A stretch of DNA of 63,774 nucleotides, filler included, from Octopus bimaculoides (GCF_001194135.2; 7 parts of 7 records of this genome joined end to end with filler, not necessarily neighbours in it); one strand, 5' to 3'. Positions 1 to 13,452 are shown, counted from the first letter of the whole stretch. A program made the numbers and translations. Notes: generated by a model not told the origin, from the letters alone.

Positions 1-160
1 CTGCAAAAATACCTACTTCAGAAGCAAGGAAAACTAATACAAACAGCCATAAAACACGAGCAGAACAAAAAAAAAACTGTTTTCAGTATTTAAGGAAGCT
101 GACAAATACAAACAAGAAATCATACTACCTAATAAACACCACGACGACAACGACGACGAC

Positions 161-310
161 GAAGAAGAAGAAGAAGAAGAAGAAGAAGAAGAAGAAGAAG
201 AAGAAGAAGAAGAAGAAGAAGAAGAAGAAGAAGAAGAAGAAGAAGAAGAAGAAGAAGAAGAAGAAGAAGAAGAAGAAGAAGAAGAAGAAGAAGAAGAAGA
301 AGAAGAAGAA
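161..310. repeat. (GAA)n microsatellite, 50 units
   Basis: Uninterrupted GAA run read directly. Confidence 0.98.
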
Positions 311-329
311 GATGACGATGATGATGATG

Positions 330-845
330 GCCTGATGCAGTACTAGGTAGTAGCTCTTATGGCTTCTGATCTTAACTGATTGGAAGTGTTATCATGTACA
401 TTGTTCCATCTTGGTATAAAAGATGGGCTACAGCAAATATTCTGCTCAATACCACAGATTTGCTTAACCCGTTAAGCATGTCCCTTAATGACTGACGACA
501 TGGTCTTTTCTGATCCCGAGCAGATGTAGTGAGGGAACATGATAGCCATATGTTGAGAGGAATTCTTTGGGGTTTGGATAATTCACCTCTGAAAACATGG
601 GTGCTTAATTCAACATCCTTAAACAACCCTTAATCAGGGACCTTTTGAGCGGGATGGGCAACTCGATCTGAAGAAAATTCTAACTAGGTCCCACCTGCAA
701 GGTCATGCGCTATTTATCTTAATATGAGATCCCCATGTCGCGCACATATGGTTGTGATGCATGCGCTTTGTGAACCCTTATCAGACGGGTAGTCATTATG
801 TGTAACCCAGTGTCACTTTGATGGCATACACTGCTCTCTCACTCA

Positions 846-848
<3 letters not shown>
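330..848. repeat. Unclassified dispersed repeat bounded by (GAT)n and (AAT)n tracts
   Basis: Higher-complexity block between two trinucleotide tracts; resembles an abundant octopus repeat from memory only; no protein motif recognised. Confidence 0.35.
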
Positions 849-882
<34 letters not shown>

Positions 883-944
883 GTCTCTGGGTGAGACTTG
901 GATCCAACTTGTACAAATGCAAAGCAAAAGTCAAACATAAAATG

Positions 945-1020
<76 letters not shown>

Positions 1021-1303
1021 CAACAACAACAACAACAAGAATTTGTGTTTGTTGTTAATCTGACGCTATTGTTTTTGTTATTTCTTTTGTATCTGTAGTT
1101 GTTGCTGCCTTATCGATTCGATTGCAAAAGTAACTCTGATTGCTGTTCTTGTTTGGAATCTAGTTTCGCTATTATTGTCGCAGCTGTTGTAATTGACGTT
1201 GCTATCCATAATACCCCTGTTTATGTTGTTGGGTGTTGTTACTGTTGGCGTTGTCACAGCTGTTACTCTTTTATGCAAATGAGGATATGTATATATATGT
1301 ATG

Positions 1304-1367
<64 letters not shown>

Positions 1368-2831
1368 TATATGTATATATATATACGTGTGTATATATGC
1401 TTGTATCTATGTACACACATTTTTTGTATCATCTATGCAATTATGATATTTAAACAGGTATAGTTTTAAAAATTCGTCATGTGTCTTAAAGCAATCCTTC
1501 ATACAAAATATGCATATATATGCACATGTATGTATGCATATGTGTGTGTGTGTTCATATATGTGTGTGTATAAACAACGTGCGAAAAAGTTAGTGCATAG
1601 GCATGTGTTTATTATGTGTGTGTTTTTATTTGGTTAAGTACCTTGTGGGTAGATTTTAATTTTTTTATATCTGAAATTGAATCTATTTCTTGTAGAAAAA
1701 CTGACATTACCATGATATGGAAATATAACTGGCGTCATTAACTTGCTAAAGATACCAGGCCCTGTTCCATGTCTATTCTTTAATAGCTCAGACAGAGGAA
1801 TGACTGCCACCATGATACTTTTTAGGAGGAAGATAGAAAGTAATCTTCAAATCTGAGAACTTGCCTGAATTCTTATAATAAAGTAGTCATCAATAATGAC
1901 ACCTTATGGCTAGTTGGGCAGCATATTACGTATACCATCTAAGAACAGGAACAGTCTCTCAGAAAGGATTCTGTACAGTTTTCTTCTATCAAATTTTACT
2001 TGGTCGACAAGGTAAAATTATTACCTGTTTTTATTGCAAGATGATGCAGGTAGTATATCCCCGCCTCGCCGACTTTTAGCTAATGCAATTGAAAAAACTG
2101 CATTATTTATAGGATGACCTAATATATAAATAGGTGCTTAAAACAATATAAAGCGTTGATACGACTCAAGGTTAATTCCAGATGCAGCTTAGGTATAAAA
2201 GTAGAACACAATTTGGATTTGAAATTTACTACAGTTGTTTCGATAGCACTTTATTCATGCATTTTATTCATACACTTTATAACTTTATTCACACTCATAT
2301 ATGAATTTATGTGTATGTATGGATATGTATGTGTGCGCGTGCGTATGTGTGTGAGTGAATTTGCATGTATGAAAATTGATAAAGCCATCGATTTCATTCA
2401 CGATGTCATTCAGTAACTTCCTTGTCTCATGTTTCATCGCATTGATCTTTCTAGATTTGTTGTGACGGTGTGACTGCTTTCTGTTCTTCTTGACAGCAGG
2501 TCAGGGTTAGAAAATAATTCAGATGATAATTTGAAAATCATGATCGTTTTGGTATCTTTTCTCCTTGAATATTCGATTACATCTCCAGTTTCTCTATGAA
2601 TTTGATTGCTATGTTTAAAATACCGTGTATTCATCATGCTAGTTGTTAAATAGGTCATCTTGAAGGTTTTAGCTTGCCTGTTTATACATGATTAATTTTT
2701 AACCTGAAAATGGTGGATTTATGCTATAATGTGTAAAGTATGTTATAATGTATAGCCCTTGAGTAACTTTGGTAGTTTTTTGTTGATTAAAAGCAATAAT
2801 AATAAATTATACATAAACACACACACACATA

Positions 2832-3014
2832 TTTTGGAGGAAGGGGCCAGTCAATTAGATCGACCCAGTACGTAAGTGGCACTTAATTTATCGACCCCGA
2901 AAGGATGAAATGTAAAGTCAACCTCGGCAGAATTCGAACTCAGAACGTAAAGACGACGAAATACCGCTAAGCATTTCGCTCGGCGTGCTCACGTTTTTGC
3001 CAGCTCGCTGCCTT
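2832..3014 (-). mobile_element. tRNA-derived SINE, family B (Deu/Nin-like central domain)
   Basis: Reverse strand has B-box-like GAGTTCGAATTC followed by GACTTTACATTTCATCCTTTCGGGGTCGATAAATTAAG; closely similar to the 52985-53204 copy. Confidence 0.85.
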
Positions 3015-3696
3015 CAAATATACTCTTATTGACGGTGGGATAAAAGCCTGTTCATCGTACGGCTGCTCCAATATAGAAAAACTTGCATGAATGACCACCA
3101 AACTCAGCTTTTATGCAAGTTTTATACAAGTTTATTAATGAAACACATTAGGATTTTTTTTTTCATTTTCAGTTACATTTTTCTTTCTCGTTTTTCTTTT
3201 TCTTTCTAAAATATAAACTCAGAAACGCATATGTTTTGTATTTGATCTCGAGTGAACCACGATGTAAAACAATTTAGAAACTAGAAATGAAATTATCTCC
3301 GTTATGTAACACCAGTTGAGCAAATTTATAGTTTCATACAGTTAATATTGGTTTCTTATTCAAGTTTTTATTTCCCAGCAATATTTTTACCAAGTTTATT
3401 ACATCGTAGTTGGCCTAGTTAATAGAGTACTGGATACGTTGTGGTTTAGACCCAGGTCGACTGCATTGAACATACTTATGACCAAAGTACCTTGGCCTTG
3501 ACAATTCATGTTTATGAATATTGAGGATGACATTATCTCATGTATCATGTATTTTTTTCCATTTTCAATGTAAAAGGAGAGTGATTGAAATGAATTTGGT
3601 TATTTCCCAAAATGGTCATGTCTGCCTAGTAGCCAAAATCAAGACAATATTGTAACAAATCAACGCTGTAAACAATGACATTACCTCATAACTTAC

Positions 3697-3777
3697 GAAT
3701 GTTTCAATGGCCTGCTGTGCTGATTCAGCTCCTGAAGTTTGGGGAATGGTGTATATACTTTTCACAGGTTTACTGAT
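3697..3777 (-). CDS. Candidate internal exon (ISKPVKSIYTIPQTSGAESAQQAIETF)
   Basis: Strong donor TTC|GTAAGT, 81 nt, only one open frame; acceptor (CCTAAAG) is weak; no homolog recognised. Confidence 0.3.
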
Positions 3778-4563
3778 CTTTAGGTGCGCAAAATAGCATA
3801 GGATATTTAGTTAAACCTACTGATTTCAGAACCTGCTAAGGTTGATTTTATTTATCTGCTTTCTGAGATCGATAAAATAATTACTACCAGTTAAGTTGTG
3901 GATCAATATAATCGCTGTATCTATCAACAAAATCTGAGGTCTTATACCAATGTTAGAAATCAAATTAACCATATCTCCATTTGGATATTCTTTCATAATA
4001 TTAAGGTTCGTAAAATATCACTACCCTTCACGTTTTTTAAACTCAATAAGAAATTTGTTGAGAAATTTCGTCACTATACTGACCGTGGTCAATGACTATA
4101 TCGAAACTACATTAATTAAATGTTCGTTTTGTGCGTGCGTTTGTATACGTGATCTCTTCGAATTTGTATAAAGGCTACATATTACTAGAGATGAGCTTTA
4201 AACTATTATATAACTCTACTGGACAATAAATGAAGTCCCAGTATTAAACACCCGATTTATCCGTTTGATGATTTCATCAGGAAGAGGAAGTAGTACCCCA
4301 TTGGAAGAGTCTCAGAACCTCAGCGACTGGTAGTGGAAGGGCCAGTATCTATTTCAATAATAGATCGTCACAGACTGGTGACATTGATGCTGTTTATGTT
4401 CAACTTGAACATATATGCGGCGACATCTACAGGAAACTTCTTGGTGAAACGAATTTCATGAGTTAATATTCTGTTGAGTAGGTGTTGATGTTGAAATGCA
4501 GTTTAAGCTGTTTTACTTTTGTTTTCTTTGTGTTGAAAGAGACGAAATTGAATTACCCATAAA

Positions 4564-4598
<35 letters not shown>

Positions 4599-6186
4599 GT
4601 ATATATATGTGTATATATATATATATATATNNNNNNNNNNNNNNNNNNNNNNNNNNNNNNNNNNNNNNNNNNNNNNNNNNNNNNNNNNNNNNNNNNNNNN
4701 NNNNNNNNNNNNNNNNNNNNNNNNNNNNNNNNNNNNNNNNNNNNNNNNNNNNNNNNNNNNNNNNNNNNNNNNNNNNNNNNNNNNNNNNNNNNNNNNNNNN
4801 NNNNNNNNNNNNNNNNNNNNNNNNNNNNNNNNNNNNNNNNNNNNNNNNNNNNNNNNNNNNNNNNNNNNNNNNNNNNNNNNNNNNNNNNNNNNNNNNNNNN
4901 NNNNNNNNNNNNNNNNNNNNNNNNNNNNNNNNNNNNNNNNNNNNNNNNNNNNNNNNNNNNNNNNNNNNNNNNNNNNNNNNNNNNNNNNNNNNNNNNNNNN
5001 NNNNNNNNNNNNNNNNNNNNNNNNNNNNNNNNNNNNNNNNNNNNNNNNNNNNNNNNNNNNNNNNNNNNNNNNNNNNNNNNNNNNNNNNTGTGTGTGTGTG
5101 TGTGTGTGTGTGTGTGTCTGTATAATATACACCTCTCTGTTTTTCTTCTTTAATAGATCGGTTCAGATAGACGAAGCGGTAAAATGTTCGAAGGATTATG
5201 TATTACACATCAATAAATCTGACGTGAAAGAGCTATTGCTTGATTTTCTCCAGGGCTCAGTAAGTCATTACCATTTCTTATTATTTCACTTTCCTCTCCT
5301 TTTCTGTAAAGTTTAATAATCTAACCTTCAGCTTCCTAGTATTGCTTTCAGGTGTTGAATCAGTGGTGCGCTATTGTGTTATGTTCCTTTATGTTTTGAG
5401 CGCTGGTTCCAAGCCTCTTCGTGTATGACTGTCACAACTCCGAGGTCGATCAAATAAACATATATGGATCAAACTATGTCTTCCTTGCAAATATGTCACC
5501 ATCTGCCAGAGTTAGGAATCAATTATACTGTACCAGACAACCGCGGATCCTCTAGTCACACGATCTACTAGAAACGGTAGATAAATATTCCAGTTGTTAC
5601 AACCGACTGCTTAATAAATAAAGTAAACCTTAGATAAATAAAATCAGACAGTTGCCATCAAAACGACTTTGAACATAGGTCTACAGGATCAGATCTAACC
5701 TAGGGGTATGCAACAACATAAACAATAATGGAAGACAATTTACAAACTGACATAATAAAATATTGGGATAAAAACCTCAGGTTGCGTTGTACTTCTGGTT
5801 ACATTATATGTTCAAATCTCATCCTTTCAGAGTTGGTGAAATAGTAATACTGTAAACGGGATTGATCCATTCTACTAAACTCATGTTTTTAAAAGATATT
5901 TCATTTTTTTGTTTTTCCGGATCACTTTTTTTTACTTCAGAAAAAATCCCTGTTATAGGTTTTAGATTGATGAGATTAGAATCAATAATGAAGTTATTGT
6001 GAACAATTCTTCTTCCCTCCGATGTAAATTATCTCCCAGTTTCATCAATTGGTAACCAGTCGATTTTATGGTAAGATAAACTTGAACAATTAAACACGTT
6101 ACATGGAAGAAACTGTGGAAAATGCTGAAACAGTATGTAATGTTGAACCTCCCAGTCTTGAGTTCAAATATCACTTAAGTCAATAC

Positions 6187-6241
6187 CGGATTTCTTTCAT
6201 TTGTCATGCTACTATTGAAGCCAATCGACTTCCCTGATTCT
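6187..6241 (-). CDS. Candidate internal exon (ESGKSIGFNSSMTNERNP)
   Basis: Strong acceptor TTTCTTTTTCTTTTGCAG, modest donor CCG|GTATTG; ends in phase 0, compatible with the 3697-3777 candidate. Confidence 0.2.
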
Positions 6242-6337
6242 CTGCAAAAGAAAAAGAAATGGCTTTGCGCAGCGTCAATTTAGTTTCGCCTTTCTTGCTT
6301 TAAGTTTGAAATTTCAATACGTTTTTGTCATATACTT

Positions 6338-6435
6338 TATGCTAAATTGTTAAGTTGATATACTTGGTTATGCTAAATTGTTAAGTTGATATACTTGGTT
6401 ATGCTAAATTGTTAAGTTGATGTACTTGGCTATGC
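6338..6435. repeat. 31-bp tandem repeat x3
   Basis: TATGCTAAATTGTTAAGTTGATATACTTGGT starting at 6338, 6369 and 6400. Confidence 0.95.
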
Positions 6436-6822
6436 CAACTTCCACTTTAGAAAATTGAGATTATTTGAGAGAAATCTCTTCTATCATCATCTGTAATTTT
6501 CCCAAGATCTCAGCTACCGCCATTGTATACTTTGTTATCAAGGTAGATCGAAGCTCCTCCTGGTTATTCCAAATATTATCGAGCAGAGAAAGATTATAAT
6601 TTTGCTGCTCGGAGGTTCTGAGATTAAACTACGGGCTGGTAGCGCTGTAGTCAATTTCCTGGACGGAAAATCTACGAATGATAAGTTAGTATCATATTCA
6701 CATTAAACTAGACAATATTTATGATCCATAGAAATAAAAACATGAAAAATCCTCCTACCACTCAGATACACGGTCAATTCTGAAATATTTCTCGGATTTA
6801 CAAACATAGGCCTATAGGCACA

Positions 6823-7188
6823 GGCGTAGCTGTGTGGTAAGAAGCTTTCTTCCCAACCACATGGGCAAGTGTCTTCTACTATAGCCTCGGGTCGATCAAA
6901 GCTTTATGAGTGGATTTGGTAGACGGAAACTGAAAGAAGCCTTCGTATGTGTATGTGTGTGTTTGTTTTTGATTGTGTTTGTCCCCCAACATCACTTGAC
7001 AACCGATGGCGGTGTGTTTACGTCCCCGAAACTTAGCGGTTCAGCAATACAGACTGATAGATTAGATACCAATACTTTTTTTAAAATACGTACTGTGTCG
7101 ATTCGATTCATTCGACTAAAATTTTTCAAGGTAGTGCCCCAGCATGGCCGCAGTCTAATGAGTGAAACAAGTAAAAGATAAATGATAT
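6823..7188 (+). mobile_element. tRNA-derived CORE-like SINE, family A, with B-box region deleted
   Basis: A-box-like TAGCTGTGTGG, GGCAAGTGTCTTCTACTATAGCCTCGGG, internal GT tract, tail CCAGCATGGCCGCAGTCTAATGAGTGAAACAAGTAAAAG; about 30 nt missing relative to the 39717 copy. Confidence 0.88.
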
Positions 7189-7511
7189 CTAAACCCATCA
7201 ACTTTACTCTATATTTTTACTGACACAAATTTCTTCACACACATAAAATAATGTTCGGCTGAGTGTTTCAGGGCGATAAGATTTTGTAATCAATGTTTTA
7301 TACTGAATAAGGAATTGCTTCTACNNNNNNNNNNNNNNNNNNNNNNNNNNNNNNNNNNNNNNNNNNNNNNNNNNNNNNNNNNNNNNNNNNNNNNNNNNNN
7401 NNNNNNNNNNNNNNNNNNNNNNNNNNNNNNNNNNNNNNNNNNNNNNNNNNNNNNNNNNNNNNNNNNNNNNNNNNNNNNNNNNNNNNNNNNNNNNNNNNNN
7501 NNNNNNNNNNN

Positions 7512-7540
<29 letters not shown>

Positions 7541-7542
<2 letters not shown>

Positions 7543-10500
7543 CTCTTGCAGACTACCTCGGTGACGAATGATAGGGACCTTCTCTTTGTGGCTGGTGACT
7601 TCAATGGACATGTTGGACAACATACAGGGGGCTTCCATGGCGTACATAGAGGCTATAGTTTTGGTTCCCGCAATGAGGAGGGAACCAAGCTGCTGGGGTT
7701 CTGCGATGCAAATGACCTTATGGTTTGCAATACTAACTTCAAGAAACCTGCCAGTCACCTAGTCACCTACCATTCTGGCAGACACATTAGCCAAATTAAC
7801 TACATCCTTACCATGAAAAGGGAAAGATGGCTGCTTATAAATGCCAAAACCTTCCCAGGTGACTTCAGGATCAGGGCTAAATGGTTGCCCAGAAGACAAC
7901 CAGCATGGAAAAGAAGGGTCTGGAAGCTTAAGGATCCTGTGAATGGACAGAGATTTAGAGACGTATTACTTGAAGCCGTTGACGAAATAGAAGGGGATAT
8001 AGCTTCACACGATGTAGAAGACAACTGGAGGTTTCTACGAGACAACCTGCTGAGGGCCACTGACCAGATCTGTGGATGATGCAGAGTCCCCTCTCGACCC
8101 AACATTACGTGGTGGTGGAACAATGTTGTTGACAGGGCTATTAGACAAGAGAAACAGGCTTTCAAGGACTCGAAGAATGGTGGTAGCAGGGAATTGTATC
8201 AGACTGCCAGAAGGGAAGCTAAGGGACAGGTTTATTTAGCCAGAGGGGAAGCAGATAAGAAAAAAATTTGCCAATGTTCTGTGCCGTGAGGACTAAAGAC
8301 TTGAGGTATTTCGTGTTGCAAGACAGTGTGTGAGAGATAATCGTGATGTCGTAGGAGAGAAATGTGTCCGCATGGATGATGGTTCACTTGCACTAAACGA
8401 GGCTGCAAAGAGAGAGGTTTGGAAACGCCACTATGAAAGGTTGTTCAATAAAGAGAATGAATGGGAGAAAGAGAGTTTGTCGAATGTCGACCCAACAGAG
8501 GGACCAACTCTCCGAGTTGACAGTACCATGGTAGATAAAGTAATTAAGAGCATGAAGATAGGGAAAGCCCCCGGCCCATCAGGAATCACTGCAGAAATGC
8601 TCAAAATATCTGGCAGTGTCGGCTATAGTCTAGTCACCCGTATTGTTAACCAGGTGATACACGAAGGAGTCATACCCAATGACTGGTGTAGCAGCACCGT
8701 AGTCAACTGCTACAAAGGTAAAGGTGATACATTAGATATGAATAATTACAAAGGTATCAAGTTGTTGGATCAGGTAATGAAAATCACGGAGAGGGTCATA
8801 CCCAACTAATTAGGGGAGAGTCAGTTTAGATGAGATGCAGTTTGGGTTTGTGCCAAGGAAAAGCACCACTGATGCTATATTTCTGGTAAGACAGCTGCAG
8901 GAGAAATACATAGCCAAAGATAAACCTCTCTTGTACCTGGCTTTCGTTGACATGGAGAAAGTCTTTGACAGGGTCCCCCGTTCTCTTATCTGGTGGTCAA
9001 TGAGGAAACTAAGGATAGATGAACGGTTAGTGAGAGCTGTGCGAGCCATGTACAGGGACGCTGTCAGTAAGGTGAGGGTTAGCAACGAGTACAGTGAAGA
9101 ATTCCGGGTAGAGGTAGGAGTCCACCAAGGTTCAGTCCTCAGCCCCTTCCTATTTATCATAGTCTTCTAAGCAATAACACAGGAATTCAAGACAGGATGC
9201 CCCTGGGAGCTCCTCTATGCTGATGACCTTGCGCTAATTGCTGAGTCACTATCAGAAATAGAGGTGAAGTTTCAGGTGTGGAAGCAAGGACTAGAATCGG
9301 AGGGCCCTAGAGTCAACCTAGCTAAATCCAAAGTCCTAATAAGTAGGAAGGTAGACANNNNNNNNNNNNNNNNNNNNNNNNNNNNNNNNNNNNNNNNNNN
9401 NNNNNNNNNNNNNNNNNNNNNNNNNNNNNNNNNNNNNNNNNNNNNNNNNNNNNNNNNNNNNNNNNNNNNNNNNNNNNNNNNNNNNNNNNNNNNNNNNNNN
9501 NNNNNNNNNNNNNNNNNNNNNNNNNNNNNNNNNNNNNNNNNNNNNNNNNNNNNNAGCTTCCGTTATCTAGGTGACCAAGTTAGTAGCGGCGGAGGGTGCG
9601 CTGAAAATGTAGCTTCTAAAATAAGAATAGCCTGGGCAAAGTTCAGAGAGTTCTTACCTCTGCTGATGACAAAGGGCCTCTCTCTCAGAGTAAAAGGCAG
9701 ACTGTATGATGCATGTGTACGAACATGGGCCGTGACTGCTGAGGACATGCGTAAGCTCGCAAGGAATGAAGCCAGTATGCTCCGATGCATGTGTAATGTC
9801 AGTGTCCATACTTGACAGAGTGTAAGTACCTTGAGAGAAAAGTTGGACCTAAGAAGCATCAGCTGTGGTGTGCAAGAGAGACGATTGCGCTGGTATGGTC
9901 ATGTGATGAGAATGGATAAGGATAGCTCTGTGAAAAAGTCCCACACCCTAGCGGTTGAGGGAACCTTTGGAAGAGGTAGACCCAGGAAGACCTGGGTGAG
10001 GTGGTGAAACACGACCTCCGAACATTAGGCCTTACCGAGGCAATCACTCTTGACCGAGACCTTTGGAAATATGCAGTGCATGAGAATACCTGGCAAGCCA
10101 AGTGAGACCATAATCCGAGGCCTCTGCCAAAGGTGTAACCAGCCCAGTTATGCGTACCTTTCTTTTATTGGACACTAAACTCTGTTTGCGAAGACTTGTT
10201 GAAGCAAATGAAATCGATCCAAATTCGACGACTGGCACCCATGCCAACCTCTCTTTCATTGGACACTAAACTCAGCTTGCGAAGACCTGTTGAAGCAAGT
10301 GAAATCGAAATCGTGATTGGACCAAATTCGATGACTGGCACTTGTGCCAGTGGAGCGCTAAGAGCACCATCCGAGCGTGATCATTGCCGAGAAGCTGTCT
10401 AGCTTCCGTGTCAGTAGCACGTAAATAGCACCATTTGAGCGTGATCGTTACCAGCGTCGCCTTACTGGCACTTGTGCCGTTGACACGTAAAAAAAAACAT

Positions 10501-10800
10501 TCGAGCCAGGTCGTTGCCAGTGCCGCTGGACTGGCTCCTGTGCAGGTGGTACGTAAAAAGCACCATTTTGAGCGTGGCTACTGCCAGTACCGCCTGATTG
10601 GCCCACGTGCCGGTGGCACGTAAAAGCACCCACTACACTCTTGGAGTGGTTGACTTTAGGAAGGGCATTCAGCTGTAGAAACTCTGCCAGATCAGATTGG
10701 AGCCTGGTGCAGCCTTCTGGTACGCCAATCCTCAGTCAAATCGTCGAACCCATGCTAGCACGGAAGGCGGACGTTAAACGATGATGATGATGATGGTGAT
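7541..10800 (+). mobile_element. RTE-clade non-LTR retrotransposon, degenerate and near full length (APE endonuclease, RT, 3' UTR, (GAT)n tail)
   Basis: EN motifs VAGDFNGHVG and CNTNFKK; RT motifs GKAPGPSGITAEMLK, NNYKGIKLL, QFGFVP, AFVDMEKVFDRVP, GVHQGSVLSPFLF, LLYADD (9216-9227), FRYLGD; stops or frameshifts near 8079, 8265, 8809, 9170, 9815. Confidence 0.96.
10334..10630 (+). repeat. Five degenerate ~65-bp tandem units in the RTE 3' UTR
   Basis: Recurring TGGCAC-TTGT-GCC..G(G)CACGTAAAAAGCACCAT..GAGCGTG module. Confidence 0.8.
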
Positions 10801-10876
10801 ATATATGTATATATATATATATGAAAGTGAAAGGGGTACAAGGGGTACAGTTAACTTGCCGTGAGGAGTGGAATAT

Positions 10877-10910
10877 TCAACGTTTCGGAGTCAATACTTC
10901 GTCAGGGGGC
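10877..10910 (-). ncRNA. Degenerate minimal hammerhead ribozyme-like motif
   Basis: RNA reads CUGACGA-AGUAUUGACUCC-GAAA-C-GUU; core intact but stems I and II poorly paired. Confidence 0.4.
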
Positions 10911-10997
10911 AGTGAAAAAGAGAAGGAAAGGAGAAAAAAGGTCAAACAGAGTTTACATCCTCTCATCTTAAAAAACTGGCTGCAACTGATATATATT

Positions 10998-11048
<51 letters not shown>

Positions 11049-12198
11049 TTATATATATGTGTTTTTACATTATTGATAAATTAATAAACTCATCAATAAT
11101 ATATTCAGTTTATCATTTAGATATTCACTAACAAAGCCAAGTGCGCCAATATGTGGAAATGTGAATTTATAATCTGAGGAGAGAAGGTGCTGGTTTCGGA
11201 GAGAAGTTGCTGGTTTCGGAGCAGTCGTCTGGAAATATTCTCTTTCTCCCTGTTTTGGAAGAAATATTCTGATCTGTAGGACCTACGTGGCTGTGCACGG
11301 CATTTTGTCCAAAACAAATAAATTAGGTCTGCTATTTCTGAACGTAACAGATGTTTCGACGAGAATATTTCACAAATATTCTTGAATTATGTTTGTATAT
11401 ATGTACATACATATGTGTACATATGCTGAATGCATATATGTACGTATGGACGTATGTATGTATGTGTGCATTTATACATCTACATGTGTATGTTAGTATG
11501 CATGTACTTACGTCAGTATGTATATACATATGCATGTATGTATGTAAGTATACATACATGTTTTTATGTTTGCATGTATGTATATAAATATATATGTCTG
11601 TATGTTAGTGTGTAAATGGTTTTATGTACAAATGCATGTTTGTGCGTGTTATAAATCAATATTACCGTACTGCAGTTTAGAGTGTTATAAAATCGATATT
11701 TCATGCACAGAATCTTCGTCCAGACATGTTTTACATGTTTTTAGATCATGTGTAGAGAAACAGTGGCCAAAATGTCATGTTTAGGCCATGTGTTGACATA
11801 CAGTCGCTAAACGTTTATGTTTAGGTCATGTGTTGTGACGAAATATTCAAAAGAATTTGTATTTATGCCGACTTTATTGACACAGTAGCTAAAAAGTCAT
11901 GTTTAAGTCAGGTGTTGAGTTACAATAGCTAAAACAATCAGTTTATCCACCGTTAGATTCCTATCAACTTCATTGATGCCGGCAAACAAAGCTGTCATTC
12001 TAGGAATATGATAAGATATAATTTGACGAAGGTTTTATTTAGTAGGCGGTCAGCTGACACATGGAGTTTCCCATTTTGGATCACAGTTTTATGGTTTTAT
12101 GTGTGTATGTTTGTGTATGTATGTATATATGTATGTATTATTTGCGTAAGTTTATGTGAATGAATGCATATCTATGTGTGCATGTGATTGCGCGTGTC

Positions 12199-12341
<143 letters not shown>

Positions 12342-13008
12342 GTGCGTATGAATATATGTATGCATATATGTAAACAATTTTGTGAGAATATATGTATGTG
12401 TGGGAATTCAAGCCACTCACTAAGAAAGTGACAAGCTCTTTTGTTTTAGCGAAATAGTTTTGAGATATACTTTGCTGGTATGTGCATACATGTATGCGCA
12501 TGCGTGGATGAAATTGCACTCATGGAATTGGTGTGCATGTTTCTTTAATACACAAGTGTGTGTGTGTGTCATTACTATTTATGGATTATGTATATATTAT
12601 GTGTAAGCCTATTGCACACGTGATTTAGGGCTTATGTTTATTCGAGGAAACTCAAACGGAGGATACCTGCAACATTTTACATAATTTCACTGTACATCCA
12701 ATCGATTGTATTTCGAAGATGCGAATCAGTTTGCTTTGTTCTTTCTTGGAGAAACCCAACATTTCTTAAACTTTTATTATATAAATCTGCCCATACGTAT
12801 AATAATTGGTGCAAATGAAAATCTATTGTTTGGATATAAGAGTCACAAGTTTCTGATTAGTTCACCATAAATGTTCAACTTTTCCTCAATTTTTGATGCG
12901 ACGCTCACATCTATTGAGCAGCTAAACTGCACAACAGTGTATGGCTTTTCTCCTCGATGCCTTCGAAGAATATCAGGCTTATTATGTAATGTATGCATAA
13001 CACAATAA

Positions 13009-13175
13009 CAGGCGCAGTCGTGGCTCTGCAGTAAGGAGCTTGCTTCCCAACTACATAGTTCAGCGTTCAGTCCTGTTGTATGGCACCTTGGGTAAGTGTC
13101 TTCTACTATAGCCTCGGATCGACCAAAGCTTTGTGAGTGGCTTTGGTAGACGGAAACAGAAAGAAGCCCGTCGCA

Positions 13176-13218
<43 letters not shown>

Positions 13219-13400
13219 GCCTGTCTGTCTCCCACCATCACTTGACAACCGGTACTACTATGTTTACGTCCCTCGTAACCTAGCGGTTTGGCAAAAGAAT
13301 CTATAGAACAACTACCAGGCTTAAAATAATAAGTACTGGGATCGATTCATTCGACTAAAAACTTCCTCGAGGCGTTACCCCAGCAAGGCCGCGTCTAGTG
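13009..13400 (+). mobile_element. SINE family A
   Basis: Same head, GGCACCTTGGGTAAGTGTCTTCTACTATAGCCTCGG, internal (GT)n and 3' tail as the other copies. Confidence 0.88.
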
Positions 13401-13452
13401 ATGTATTTATGTATGTATTTATGTGTGTATGTGGGTTTCTGGCGTAATATAC

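Noticed and set aside
4281-4466. About 60-codon open frame EEEVVPHWKS..LLGETNFMS* after an AG
   Set aside because: No start, no donor and no recognisable domain; this length is expected by chance
10705-10740. Reverse-strand CUGAGGA-U-UGG-CGUA-CCA-GAAG in the RTE 3' end
   Set aside because: GAAG instead of GAAA, no stem I or III, and antisense to the LINE
12930-12985. HRGEKPY peptide resembling a C2H2 zinc-finger linker
   Set aside because: No flanking C-x2-C or H-x3-H pattern, and the ORF start lies in a SINE; chance match or unrecoverable decay
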